A stretch of DNA of 51,091 bases. Source: Candidatus Moranbacteria bacterium RIFCSPHIGHO2_01_FULL_55_24 (lineage in GTDB: Bacteria > Patescibacteriota > Minisyncoccia > Moranbacterales > UBA1568). The notes beneath the pieces were generated by a model. That model was not told the origin of the DNA. It saw only the letters and a program-made list of their open reading frames with translations, and did no database searches. The stretch spans positions 1-51,091 of the forward strand of contig MFRW01000010.1 in the NCBI GenBank assembly GCA_001786575.1, read 5' to 3'. Position numbers and translations under genes: made by a program. Each line of letters begins with the position of its first letter. The stretch's first letter is position 1. Below, piece after piece: positions 8,198 through 17,854 of this stretch.

Positions 8198-8725
8198 CTA
8201 GAAACCGCGGACCTGGATCTTCTTGGTCTTGGTGGTGTCGGCCTTGGGAAGGCGGATCGTCAGGATGCCGTTCTTGAGAGAGGCGTCGGCTTTCTCGGGA
8301 ATCACATCTACCGGCAAGAGCACGGAACGGGAGAATCCTCCCCAGTAACATTCCTGGTAGTAGTAGTTGCCATTCTCGACGACTTCTTCGTTCTTGCGTT
8401 CGCCTTTGACGGTCACCATGTCGTTGTTGATCGAAACGTCCAGGTCTTCCGGCTTCACGCCGGCGATGGTGGATTTGATGACGATCTCGTTCTCTGTCTG
8501 GTAGACGTCGATCGTGAGCTGACCTTCGCTGCCGTCGCTCTCGCTCTGGGCGTACGACGGGGTCCAAGCTTCTTCGCGCGCCGGGAAAGCGGTCGGTTCG
8601 TGCATCGCTACCGAAGTCTCTTCCTCTTCGTTGTACACGGGAACAGACTCGCGGAATCCTCCCTCGTTCTCCAGGCTCTGGGCACCGGTGAGACGCTCAA
8701 AAAAGCTCCTTTTTTGTTTTGTCAT
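8198..8725 (-). CDS. Hsp20/alpha-crystallin small heat shock protein
   Basis: IDVYQT...IAGVKPEDLDV...ECYWGGFSRSVLLP...ASLKNGILTIRLPK. Confidence 0.95.
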   Translation of the reverse strand: MTKQKRSFFERLTGAQSLENEGGFRESVPVYNEEEETSVAMHEPTAFPAREEAWTPSYAQSESDGSEGQLTIDVYQTENEIVIKSTIAGVKPEDLDVSINNDMVTVKGERKNEEVVENGNYYYQECYWGGFSRSVLLPVDVIPEKADASLKNGILTIRLPKADTTKTKKIQVRGF

Positions 8726-8818
8726 ACGTTTTTCGGCGTTTAAAAGTGTTGTGTGAATACGCTCGTAGTATAGGATATTTCAAAAGCAAGCGCAAGAATG
8801 CCGGGGCGCCGGGAAGGG

Positions 8819-9307
8819 CTAGGAAAAATGGCTTATCAGCAGGTTATAGAGCGCATGGAGAAGGGTCGCGATGACCAGGGCGCCCGCGACCATGACGCTC
8901 TTGTGGGCGAGGGACGGGGCCTCTTTGCGGATGGCTCCGGCGAGGAGCATCGAGGTGACGGCATGGACGCCGAAGATCCCCAAGACCCCCAGATGCAGAA
9001 GACCGGAGAATTTGGAGAGGAGGATGGCTTCGATCGCCGCGAAGCCGAGCCCGAAGAGGAATCCGAAGAGGAGCGCCGCTCCGAAGGGACGCCGGGCCAG
9101 CGCCGCCAGAGCGCTTCCGCGATAGAGGAGGCCGAGCTTCACGCTCTCTTCGATGATTGCGAGGACCAGGAGCGTGCGGAATGATCCGCCGAGCACCAAC
9201 ACGCCGGCCTGGGTCGCCGGGAGCGAGAACGAGAAAAAGACGAGTTCTCCGAGGAGCGCCAGGGCGGCGGCGAGGACGCCTAAGACGAGAGGGAGGACGA
9301 GCGGCAT
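8819..9307 (-). CDS. PrsW family glutamic intramembrane protease
   Basis: IIEESVK, GLGFAAIE, HAV and LHALYN motifs. Confidence 0.8.
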   Translation of the reverse strand: MPLVLPLVLGVLAAALALLGELVFFSFSLPATQAGVLVLGGSFRTLLVLAIIEESVKLGLLYRGSALAALARRPFGAALLFGFLFGLGFAAIEAILLSKFSGLLHLGVLGIFGVHAVTSMLLAGAIRKEAPSLAHKSVMVAGALVIATLLHALYNLLISHFS

Positions 9308-9312
9308 GAGAT

Positions 9313-11952
9313 TTAGGCGGTTAAGTTCTTGAGAGCTTCCTCGACATTCCGGAGCTCTTCGGTGTTTCTCGCGAGGAGCTCGCGCGTGTTTGCGAGGATA
9401 TGCTCCGGAGCCTTTTTGGTGAAGAGCGGGTCGGCGAGACGCGCTTCCAGTCCGCGGATGTTCTTCTCGAGATTGGCCTGGTCGTTCTTGAGGCGGGCTG
9501 TCTCTTTCTCGATGTCGATGGCACCCTCGAGATGGACAAAGGCTTGGAGGGATTCGGACTGGACCAATGCCGAATGCTTCGGAGCCGTCGGCGCATCGTG
9601 CAGGGTCTCTATGCGGGCGAGACGCTTGAAGAGAGCTTCGTTTTCTCGGAGCGTCTCGAGAGATTTCCCGGAAGCGGTGATATCGAGCGGCTGGGCGGGA
9701 TCGATGCGGTAGACGGAACGCAGGGCACGGATACCCTTGACGAGCCCGGTCATGGCCCGGAAGCGCTCGGCCTGGGCCTTGTCCGAAGGGAGGGGAATCG
9801 CCTCGGGCCAGGCGGTTACCATGAGGAGCGTCTCTTTGCCGAGCGTGCTCCAGATGGCTTCCGAAACGAACGGGATGAACGGATGCCAGAGGCAGAGGAG
9901 CGTCTCCAGGACGAAGCGGAGCAAGGCGTCATTCTTCTCGATCTTGTGGATCTCTACGTACCAATCGGCGAAGTCGTCCCTGGTGAATTCGCGAAGCGCT
10001 TCGGTCGCGAGAGAGAACTGATGTGCCTCGAGATGCTTCGTGACCGTTTCCCGGGTAGCAGCGAGTCTTTCGAGAATCCAGTGATCGGCCGAGGAGCGGG
10101 CGAGAGGATCCGCTGTCACGGTTTCGCTCGACGAGAGGATGTAGCGCGCGATGTTCCAGAGCTTGTTCACGAAGTTCCGGCCACTCTCCAATTTGTCGAA
10201 GGAGAAGCGGGAATCATTCCCTGGCGTGATGTCGGAGAGGAGCGTGAGGCGGATCGCATCCGTCCCGTACTGCTTGCCGGCTTCGATCGGGTCGATGCCG
10301 TTCCCGAGCGATTTGGAAAATTTCTTGCCGTGCTCATCGCGCAGGATGCCGTGGATGTAGACTTCGCGGAAAGGGATGGTATCGAGGACGTAGGTCGTCA
10401 TGAGGATCATGCGGGCCATCCAGAAAAAGAGGATCTCGTGCCCCATCTGCATGAAGCTTGTCGGATGGAATGTCCGGAGGTCTTCGGTCTCGTCCGGCCA
10501 TCCCAGGGCGCTGAATGTCCAGAGTCCCGAAGAGAACCAGGTGTCGAGCGTGTCCGGGTCCTGTTCCCAGCCGGCGCCTTCCGGCGCTTCGGTGCCGCAG
10601 CAGATCTCTTCGCCGCGGTACCAGACCGGGATGCGGTGCCCCCACCAGATCTGGCGCGAGATGCACCAGGGGCGCAGGTTTTCTATCCAGTGGAGATAGA
10701 TTTTCGTAAAGCGTTCGGGCTGGATGGAAACTTTCTGATCCGGGTTCCCGCCATGGCCGACGGTGACTGCCTCGCGCATCAGGTCTTTGAGCGTCTTGCC
10801 GCGCCCGGGGATTTCCTTTTCGACATGGATGAACCATTGGTGCATCGGGAGCACTTCTGCCACATCGCCGAAACGATCGGACGTGCCGACACTCTGTACG
10901 ATATCCTCTTCGTTTTCCAAGAGGGAATTCTCGCGGAGCCAGGAAACAAATTTCTCGCGCGCCGCTTCTACGGTGAGTCCCTCGTATTGCGTTCCCGCGT
11001 TCTCGTTCATCTTCCCATCTTGCCCGATGACCTGGATAAGAGCGATGTCGCCATGACGCTCGTACATATCGAAATCCGCCTGGCTGTGGGCCGGAGTAAC
11101 TCCGACGGCGCCGGTGCCGAACTCCGGGTCGACGCTCTCATCGCCGATGACCTTTATCCCCAGAGGGTTCTTCGCTCCCACGTCCGCTGTAAACGTCTGG
11201 CCGATGTATTGCTGGTAGCGGGCATCATCCGGATGGACGGCGACGGCCGTATCGCCGAGCTTCGTTTCGGGCCGGGTCGTCGCGATAGGTATGGGGAAAT
11301 CTTTGGAGTAGCGGAGGGTGTAGAGCTTCGCCGGCCGTTTCACATGGACGAGCTCGTCATCGGAAGCGGTCGACTGGCCCTTTACCGACCAGTTCACGAC
11401 GCGGTAGCCTTTGTAGATGAGGCCGTCATCGTACATCTTCTTGAAAACCGCATTGACGGCGCGCACGCGAGCATCGTCGAAGGTGTACGCGAAGCGCGAC
11501 CAGTCGGCGCTCGATCCCATGGCCCGCACCTGCTTGATGATAGTTTCCTTGGACTGATCGGCGTAGGCGCGGATCTTCTCGAGGAGTTTCTCGCGACCGA
11601 GTTCTTGGCGGGGATTGGCGATGCCTTCTTCGATGAGGCTCTTCTCGACGCGGGCCTGTGTTGCTACGGCAGCGTGGTCGGCACCCGGCAGGAAGAGGGT
11701 GCGACAGCCGGCCATGCGCTTGTAGCGCGCCATGACATCCATGATCGAGTTTTCCATGGCGTGGCCCAGGTGGAGGATGCCGGTCACGTTCGGCGGCGGC
11801 ATGAGGACAGAGAAGGGCTCGGCATCGGCTTTCGTGACACCGGCTTTGATGCATTCGTCGGGATTGAAAAACCCGCTCTTGTCCCAGAGGGAGTAGAGTT
11901 TGCCTTCCCAGTCTTGCGGCTGGTAATTCTTGGGGAGAGCGTTCGGGTCCAT
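9313..11952 (-). CDS. valS: Valine--tRNA ligase
   Basis: PPPNVTGILHLGH, WCISRQIWWGHRIPVWY, DTLDTWFSS, KFSKS, C-terminal coiled coil. Confidence 0.99.
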   Translation of the reverse strand: MDPNALPKNYQPQDWEGKLYSLWDKSGFFNPDECIKAGVTKADAEPFSVLMPPPNVTGILHLGHAMENSIMDVMARYKRMAGCRTLFLPGADHAAVATQARVEKSLIEEGIANPRQELGREKLLEKIRAYADQSKETIIKQVRAMGSSADWSRFAYTFDDARVRAVNAVFKKMYDDGLIYKGYRVVNWSVKGQSTASDDELVHVKRPAKLYTLRYSKDFPIPIATTRPETKLGDTAVAVHPDDARYQQYIGQTFTADVGAKNPLGIKVIGDESVDPEFGTGAVGVTPAHSQADFDMYERHGDIALIQVIGQDGKMNENAGTQYEGLTVEAAREKFVSWLRENSLLENEEDIVQSVGTSDRFGDVAEVLPMHQWFIHVEKEIPGRGKTLKDLMREAVTVGHGGNPDQKVSIQPERFTKIYLHWIENLRPWCISRQIWWGHRIPVWYRGEEICCGTEAPEGAGWEQDPDTLDTWFSSGLWTFSALGWPDETEDLRTFHPTSFMQMGHEILFFWMARMILMTTYVLDTIPFREVYIHGILRDEHGKKFSKSLGNGIDPIEAGKQYGTDAIRLTLLSDITPGNDSRFSFDKLESGRNFVNKLWNIARYILSSSETVTADPLARSSADHWILERLAATRETVTKHLEAHQFSLATEALREFTRDDFADWYVEIHKIEKNDALLRFVLETLLCLWHPFIPFVSEAIWSTLGKETLLMVTAWPEAIPLPSDKAQAERFRAMTGLVKGIRALRSVYRIDPAQPLDITASGKSLETLRENEALFKRLARIETLHDAPTAPKHSALVQSESLQAFVHLEGAIDIEKETARLKNDQANLEKNIRGLEARLADPLFTKKAPEHILANTRELLARNTEELRNVEEALKNLTA

Positions 11953-12090
11953 ATGGCCCAGGTTACCAGGAAAAAAGCTTCATTTCAAGCCCGCTGGCAT
12001 CGATATTTGCTTTATTTAAGTTAAAAGCTCAAGGAAATTTTTTCTAAAAGAGTGAAAAGAAAATTTTTAATGAGAAGCATTTCGGGCAGG

Positions 12091-12122
12091 AAAAAAAGCC
12101 CGTAAGGTGTCCTTAAGGGCTT
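12091..12122 (-). terminator. Intrinsic terminator of candidate ncRNA
   Basis: Minus strand AAGCCC-T-TAAGG-ACA-CCTTA-C-GGGC followed by T7. Confidence 0.8.
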
Positions 12123-12133
12123 CTTCGAGGATG

Positions 12134-12347
12134 GTGGTATGGGGAACTCCTCTGATGACAGGAGGTTGGAATCATCGCGGCTGCAGATATAGTCCCAGAG
12201 CCTCGGCTTGCCGGATATGGGGAGACCTACGCCCATTCGAGCTCGCCCGGGAGTCTAGCTGTTTCGGCCCAGTTGCGGGTGTTTATTCCGCCGGCTTCGG
12301 ATACGTCTCCGACGCCACTGTCTTTAACTGCTATTACCCCATACCAC
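12134..12347 (-). ncRNA. Unassigned structured ncRNA (about 215 nt)
   Basis: Perfect 11-bp terminal stem GTGGTATGGGG/CCCCATACCAC, internal hairpins, own promoter TTGACA-16-(TGA)TAGACT at 12379-12352 and own terminator. Confidence 0.75.
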
Positions 12348-12375
12348 GCCCAGTCTATCAGACAATTACCCCGTG

Positions 12376-13467
12376 TCAACGAAGCACTTGGAAGGGGAGA
12401 TTGGCATCTGGTTCCAGGGAAAGCGCCTTTTCACGGAGCGCTGTCCGCTCTTCTTCATTCATAGCGGCGAAGCGCATAACGGCAGCGGAGCCGATCATCG
12501 CGGCGTTGTCGAGGGAGTAGGCGAAGGGAGGAGTGAGAAATTGTGTTTCCGGAAAATCAGTCTGGAGGAGCGTCTGGAGCGAAGCACGCAGATGGACGTT
12601 CGCCGACACTCCGCCGGCGATGACGAAGGTCTGCGGAGAGTATTCCCGGAGCGCTCGCTCGGTCTTGCCGACCAGCACATCGACGACAGCTTCCTGGAAG
12701 GCATAGCACATGCCGGGGACGAAGTCCGGATCAGCCTTCCTCTCCGCGCTTTCTTTCTGGACAGAGTAGAGGACGGCGGTCTTCAGTCCGGAAAAGGAGA
12801 AGTCGTAGTTGTCCGCCGTAAGCATCGGGCGGGGGAATTTCTCGGCAAGCGGCCGGAGCTCTTCCTCGGTATGCGCTTCGCGGAAAGCATCCGCGCGCGC
12901 GGCGACTTCGGGCCCGCCGGGGTACGCGAGGCCGAGGAGCTTCGCGACCTTGTCGAAGGCTTCGCCGGCTGCGTCGTCCTGGGTCTCGCCCAGGATCTCG
13001 TATTGGAAGTGGTCGCGCATCAGGACGAGCTCGGTGTGCCCGCCGGACACGACGAGGGCGAGGAGGGGAAAGCGGAGCTCGGTGTTTTCCTGGAGGAGGT
13101 TGGCGTAGATGTGGCCCTCCAGATGCTGGATGCCCAAGAGCGGCTTCTGCCAGAGGAGGGAGAGCGTCTTCGCGGCATTCACGCCGACGATGAGGGCGGG
13201 CATGAGTCCGGGTCCTTGGGTGACGGCGATAGCGTCGATATCTTGCGGGGTGACGCGCGCGCGTTCGAGGCACTCCTCAAGCACCGGGACGATGTTCTTG
13301 ATATGCTCCCGCGAGGCGAGGGTTGGCACGACGCCGCCCCACTTGGCATGGAGCGAGGCCTGGGACTGGACGGTATTTGCGAGCACGCTTATGCCACCCT
13401 CGGTTTTTTCCAGGATGGCAGCGGCGGTCTCGTCGCAGGAGGTTTCGATGGCGAGAATCTTGGTCAT
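12376..13467 (-). CDS. tsaD: tRNA threonylcarbamoyltransferase TsaD
   Basis: ILAIETSCDET, HLEGH, VSGGHT, DDAAGEAFDKVA, DFSFSGLKT, DNAAMI. Confidence 0.99.
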   Translation of the reverse strand: MTKILAIETSCDETAAAILEKTEGGISVLANTVQSQASLHAKWGGVVPTLASREHIKNIVPVLEECLERARVTPQDIDAIAVTQGPGLMPALIVGVNAAKTLSLLWQKPLLGIQHLEGHIYANLLQENTELRFPLLALVVSGGHTELVLMRDHFQYEILGETQDDAAGEAFDKVAKLLGLAYPGGPEVAARADAFREAHTEEELRPLAEKFPRPMLTADNYDFSFSGLKTAVLYSVQKESAERKADPDFVPGMCYAFQEAVVDVLVGKTERALREYSPQTFVIAGGVSANVHLRASLQTLLQTDFPETQFLTPPFAYSLDNAAMIGSAAVMRFAAMNEEERTALREKALSLEPDANLPFQVLR

Positions 13468-13528
13468 ATAGCCTATATTGTACTAGAAAACCCCCGGAAA
13501 GCGGAGGTTCTCGGTTTGGATTTTTTTG

Positions 13529-13600
13529 TAGCCCTACGGGGAGTCGAACCCCGCTTTTCAGGATGAAAACCTGATGTCCTAACCGATAGACGATAGGGCC
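13529..13600 (-). tRNA. tRNA-Glu(TTC)
   Basis: TCAGG-TT-TTC-AT-CCTGA anticodon arm, GGTTCGACTCC T-arm; own promoter TTGCTT...TGCTATGAT upstream. Confidence 0.95.
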
Positions 13601-13685
13601 ATTCTTTTGTCTGTATAAAGAAAAAGCAGCCGTAACTGCGTGGGCATCATAGCATTTTCCGAAGAAAAAGCAAGAGCTTCTGGGT

Positions 13686-14102
13686 AAAAAAATCCCTCGC
13701 GCTGGACGATGCCGGAACGAGGGAAGTGGCCAAAACCTTGGGGGCTTTGGATGGGTGAAAGGGTGGGAAGGAGGTCGCGCAAAAATATTGGGCGCCAGAG
13801 TCTTGCGATACATGGAGGGGTCTGAATGCTCGCTTGATACTGGCACACGCGCTTTTCTTGCCGCGGGAGGTTTGGGCTTTGGGGCGCCGCGCCTCCTTCC
13901 CGACTCCGGGAGACTTATTGACGAAAGGGTCAGTGAAAGGGGGATAACCCTGACCGTTCTTTCGGCATGGTATTCTGATCCACACCTAATGATTCGTCTT
14001 CTCAAAACCGAGTAGCACAGAGGCGGGGCTTAGTCCGTCTGTGGCCTGCAGGGACTCGAGTGGGGTCTTGCCGGAGTTTTCTGTCTCAAAGAACTGTAGA
14101 GT
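13686..14102 (-). ncRNA. Candidate structured RNA (about 415 nt)
   Basis: Perfect promoter, boxA-like GTTCTTTGA at 14094-14086, 14-bp stem 13901-13888/13779-13765, terminator TCCCTCG...CGAGGGA-T7 at 13724-13686. Confidence 0.55.
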
Positions 14103-14108
14103 GAACGT

Positions 14109-14137
14109 ATTATAGAGAAAGCGGAGAATCTTGTCAA
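14109..14137 (-). promoter_or_regulatory. Perfect consensus sigma70 promoter
   Basis: TTGACA-17-TATAAT; the -35 box overlaps the GH1 stop codon. Confidence 0.85.
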
Positions 14138-15474
14138 GTGCCCGGAGAAGCCGGGATTTCAGGGGCCGTACCAGTGGCCCTTTCTTTCTCTTCAGAGCGC
14201 TCTCCGAGGTAGGGGTCGGCGAGGACAAGGGTGTTGGTGCGGCAGATTTCGGCATAGATCCGGGCACTTTCCCGGAGGGTCCGGGCTTGGGTGGCGTAGT
14301 CCACAGCGACCAGGCCGAAGCGGGGCCAGAAGCCCTTGTCCCATTCGAAATTGTCGAGAAGCGACCAGTGGAAGTAGCCGCGCACATCTACGCCTTCCGA
14401 GATGGCCTTATGGATCCAGCAGAGGTGGTTTCTGATGAACTCGGCGCGCCGGCTGTCTACATCGTCAGCCAGGCCGTTTTCGGTGATGTAGATCGGGAGG
14501 TTGTAGCGCTTGAGCCAGCGGAGGATATGGTAGATGCCTTCGGGGTAGATCTCCCAGCCGAGATCGCTTTCCGGATGGTCGAGATTGTGGGTGCGCCGGA
14601 TGAAGCGCAAGCGGGTATGGAAATAGTACTGCACGGTGAGGAAGTCGTTGTGGTCGCGCGTGAGGCGCAGCATGTACTTGTTGGTGAAGAAATGCGCGAG
14701 AGTGACGGTCACGCGGTCGGACCAGGAGTCTTTCTTGTAGGGGACGAATGACTGGAGGATATTGGCGAAGCCGACCTGGGCGTCCGGATCGTTTTCGTGG
14801 ATGGCGTGGAAAGCGCGGTTATGCGCTTCGGCCAGCACATGATAGACGCGGTAGGCGGACAGCAGACTTTTCTTCTGCGGCGGCCAGTTGCCGTTCAAGT
14901 AGGCGGCGCCGATGATAGAGGTCGGTTCGTTCAGCGTCACCCAGAACTTCACGAGGTCGCCTAAGCGCCCGGCGACGAAACGGGTATAGCGCTCGAAGCG
15001 TTCGGCGAATTTCTTGTTTTCCACTCCGCCCATCTCGGCGATCCACACGGGATTCGTCCAGTGCCAGAGAGTGATGAAGGGTTCGATTCCGCGTTCGCGC
15101 AGAGCTTCGAGGACTTCGCGGTAGTGCTGGATCGCGGCTTCGTCGAAGCGGCCTTCTTCCGGCTCGATGCGCGACCATTCCAGGGAAAAGCGGTGCGCGG
15201 TGTGGCCGAGCTCGCGGGCGATGTCGAAATCTTCGCGGAAGCGGTTGTAGTGGTCGCAGGCGGCACCGGAGATATAGTTGGCGGGATCTTCGGCGACCGG
15301 CCGGCGCTGTTCCCAGTGGGGGAGATGCCCGAATTTGAGATGCGCTTCGCGGGCGAGTCTCTCGGCATGTTTCTTCTCCCATTCGGACCAGTCGTTGTGC
15401 GTGTGGCCCTCCACCTGGTGCGAGGACGTGGCAGAGCCCCAGAGGAAGCCTTGCGGGAAGCGGAATGTAGGCAT
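14134..15474 (-). CDS. Glycoside hydrolase family 1 (beta-glucosidase)
   Basis: FPQGFLWGSATSSHQVEG, TLNEP acid/base, ITENG nucleophile, WSLLDNFEW; start reassigned to ATG 15474. Confidence 0.95.
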   Translation of the reverse strand: MPTFRFPQGFLWGSATSSHQVEGHTHNDWSEWEKKHAERLAREAHLKFGHLPHWEQRRPVAEDPANYISGAACDHYNRFREDFDIARELGHTAHRFSLEWSRIEPEEGRFDEAAIQHYREVLEALRERGIEPFITLWHWTNPVWIAEMGGVENKKFAERFERYTRFVAGRLGDLVKFWVTLNEPTSIIGAAYLNGNWPPQKKSLLSAYRVYHVLAEAHNRAFHAIHENDPDAQVGFANILQSFVPYKKDSWSDRVTVTLAHFFTNKYMLRLTRDHNDFLTVQYYFHTRLRFIRRTHNLDHPESDLGWEIYPEGIYHILRWLKRYNLPIYITENGLADDVDSRRAEFIRNHLCWIHKAISEGVDVRGYFHWSLLDNFEWDKGFWPRFGLVAVDYATQARTLRESARIYAEICRTNTLVLADPYLGERSEEKERATGTAPEIPASPGT

Positions 15475-15554
15475 AGCGAGGATTGCCAGAAAGCTTATAT
15501 TCTGATAGTATAGCAAAATTCTTCTGCAAGACAGGTGTATACTAGAAAAAACTG

Positions 15555-17264
15555 ATGGCAGGACAAAAACCGGACACATTCTCTTTCCCTGATCCTAAGA
15601 CAATCGATCCGAAAAAGCGCCGCGTACAGCGTGCGCTCGAGATGATTCCAGGGACGCTCACGTGGAGCACGCTTCTCGGCATGCTCGCCTTTTCTTTTTT
15701 CGCCCCCCTCTGGATGGCGATGTTCATCATCGTTTTCGACATCTATTGGATCTACCGGGCTATCTATGTGTCGTTTTTCTCGACAGTAGCGCATATCCAG
15801 GTAAACGAAGGGAAGCGCATCAATTGGTGGGAGCGGGCGCAGAATACCGCTCATCCTGATCTGTATGTCGCAGAACTTGCGGAACGCATCCGGCATCTCT
15901 ACGAGAGCCTCTACGAAATGCCGCTCTTCCGCATCAAGGAGCGCGGCATCATCCGGAAGGAGATCCGCCGCACGCAGAAAATCCTCCGGGAGACCAAGAA
16001 GCTTCTCCCGCTCCAAGGAGAGATCATGGACTGGCGCGAGGTGATCCACGTCGTGCTCCTTCCGACCGCCGGCGAGCCGGTGGAAGTGATCGAGCCCGCG
16101 ATCGAGTCGCTCGTTGCGGCGAATTTCCCCAAAGAGCAGATGATCGTGCTTCTAGCGACCGAAGAGCGGGAAGATCCGGAAACCCGCATCCCGAAAGTAG
16201 AAGCGCTTCAGGCCAAGTTCGGCGACAAGTTCCGGGATTTCCTTGTGACGACGCACATCGTCGCGGATGGCGAGATGAAGTGCAAGGCGTCCAATGCCGG
16301 CTTTGCCGCGCGCGAGCTCGTGAAGTACCTGGACGAGCGTGGGATCGACTACAAGCGCGTCATCTTCTCGAACTTCGACTGCGACAGCGTGGTGCACCCG
16401 GAATACTTCGCTGCGCTGACTTATGAATACGTGATCGATCCGAAGCGCCTGCAGCGCGCTTACCAGCCGCTCCCTATGTACCACAACAACATCTGGGATA
16501 CCAACGCCTTCGTGCGTCTGATCGTCACCGGCTCGTCGTTCTGGCACCTCTACCAGTCGACCCGCCACGAGATGGTGACGTTCTCCTCGCACTCCGAGCC
16601 GTTCGACACGCTCGTGAAGGTCGGCTTCTGGCCGGTCAACATGATCAGCGAGGACTCCATCATCTACTGGAAGTGCCTCTCGTACTTCCACGGCGATTAC
16701 CGGGTGCAGCCCGTTCATCTGCCGATTTCTCTGGATGCCGTGCTCGCCGAAACCTATTGGAAGACGATCAAGAACCAGTACAAGCAGAAACGCCGCTGGG
16801 CCTACGGCATCGAGAACTTCCCGGTGACCATGCGCGCCATCTGGCCGGACAAGCTCATCCAGCTCCGGACCAAGCTCCGCATCAGTTTCGAGATGGTGGA
16901 GGGCCACTATTCATGGGCGACGACCTCGTTCATCCTCACGTTCCTCGGATGGTTGCCGCTTATCCTGGGTGGCGCGGCCTTCCGCGAGAGCGTCATCGCG
17001 CACAACTTGCCGTTCGTGACGCGCACGCTCATGACCATGGGTATGGCCGGCCTTCTCGTTTCGATCCCGCTTTCCCTCATGTCGCTCCCTCCGCGGCCGA
17101 AGCGCTACCATTGGTCCCGCTACTTCCTCATGTTCTTCCAGTGGATTCTCCTGCCGCTCGTCGCCTTCCTTTCGGCCATTCCCGCGATCGATTCGCAGAC
17201 CCGGCTCCTGATCAAGAAATATTTCGGCGAGTTCTGGGTGACGGAGAAGGTGAGGAGAAAGTAG
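15555..17264 (+). CDS. Membrane glycosyltransferase family 2
   Basis: CKASN, DCD (DxD), SED and QKRRW (QxxRW-like) motifs, N- and C-terminal TMs. Confidence 0.85.
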   Translation: MAGQKPDTFSFPDPKTIDPKKRRVQRALEMIPGTLTWSTLLGMLAFSFFAPLWMAMFIIVFDIYWIYRAIYVSFFSTVAHIQVNEGKRINWWERAQNTAHPDLYVAELAERIRHLYESLYEMPLFRIKERGIIRKEIRRTQKILRETKKLLPLQGEIMDWREVIHVVLLPTAGEPVEVIEPAIESLVAANFPKEQMIVLLATEEREDPETRIPKVEALQAKFGDKFRDFLVTTHIVADGEMKCKASNAGFAARELVKYLDERGIDYKRVIFSNFDCDSVVHPEYFAALTYEYVIDPKRLQRAYQPLPMYHNNIWDTNAFVRLIVTGSSFWHLYQSTRHEMVTFSSHSEPFDTLVKVGFWPVNMISEDSIIYWKCLSYFHGDYRVQPVHLPISLDAVLAETYWKTIKNQYKQKRRWAYGIENFPVTMRAIWPDKLIQLRTKLRISFEMVEGHYSWATTSFILTFLGWLPLILGGAAFRESVIAHNLPFVTRTLMTMGMAGLLVSIPLSLMSLPPRPKRYHWSRYFLMFFQWILLPLVAFLSAIPAIDSQTRLLIKKYFGEFWVTEKVRRK

Positions 17265-17266
17265 GT

Positions 17267-17806
17267 ATGGCCGCACGGATTTTGTCGGAGCGTTTTTATG
17301 AAAGAGATACCCTGACAGCAGCCAAGGAATTACTCGGCTGTTTTTTGGTACGGAAAATCGGCCGCAAGACGTGGCGGGCGCGGATCACGGAAGTCGAAGC
17401 GTATGTGGGAGAGGACGACCTGGCGTGCCATGCGAGCAAGGGTCGGACGAAACGGACGGAGACCATGTACGGCGAGCCGGGACACGCGTATGTCTACCTG
17501 ATCTACGGCATGTACCACTGTCTCAATATCGTGACCGAGAAGGGCGGCTTCCCGGCAGCGGTGCTCGTTCGCGCGGTCGAGGTAGAGGATGTTCCGAAGA
17601 AGGAAACGGACGGACCGGGGAAGCTCTGTCGCTTCTTGGAAATCGACCGGACGTTCGATGCGTGGGATGTGACCCGGGGCGAGAAACTCTGGGTCGAGCG
17701 GGGCAGGCTCGGCAAGGGAGAGGAGATCGAGGCGACGAAACGGATCGGTGTCGAGTATGCCGGGCATTGCAAAGAATATCTGTGGCGTTTCGAGATCGCA
17801 AAGTGA
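17267..17806 (+). CDS. DNA-3-methyladenine glycosylase (MPG/AAG family)
   Basis: ITEVEAY, DLACHAS, YVYLIYGMYHCLNIVT, AVLVRA, GPGKLC, RIGV; start ATG 17267. Confidence 0.95.
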   Translation: MAARILSERFYERDTLTAAKELLGCFLVRKIGRKTWRARITEVEAYVGEDDLACHASKGRTKRTETMYGEPGHAYVYLIYGMYHCLNIVTEKGGFPAAVLVRAVEVEDVPKKETDGPGKLCRFLEIDRTFDAWDVTRGEKLWVERGRLGKGEEIEATKRIGVEYAGHCKEYLWRFEIAK

Positions 17807-17854
17807 TTTGGGGAAAGAAACATCTTTCGTTACAATTGGAAGAGAAAAACCAAT

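Noticed and set aside
9400..12024. Long antisense ORFs (874 aa opposite valS, and similar ones opposite tsaD, clpC, pilB, ligA and the Fe-S protein)
   Set aside because: Shadow frames of GC3-biased genuine genes; no motifs or initiation signals.
12001..12030. dif site (TTAAGTTAAAA resembles a XerD arm)
   Set aside because: No plausible XerC arm at the correct 6-bp spacing.
12260..12320. Cobalamin riboswitch (CCCGCAACUG word present)
   Set aside because: The AGGGAA and B12-box (AGYCAGRAGACCUGCC) elements are absent and there is no B12-related gene downstream.
12091..12347. T-box riboswitch for valS
   Set aside because: No UGGNACC antiterminator bulge on the sense strand; valS appears to have its own leaderless promoter.
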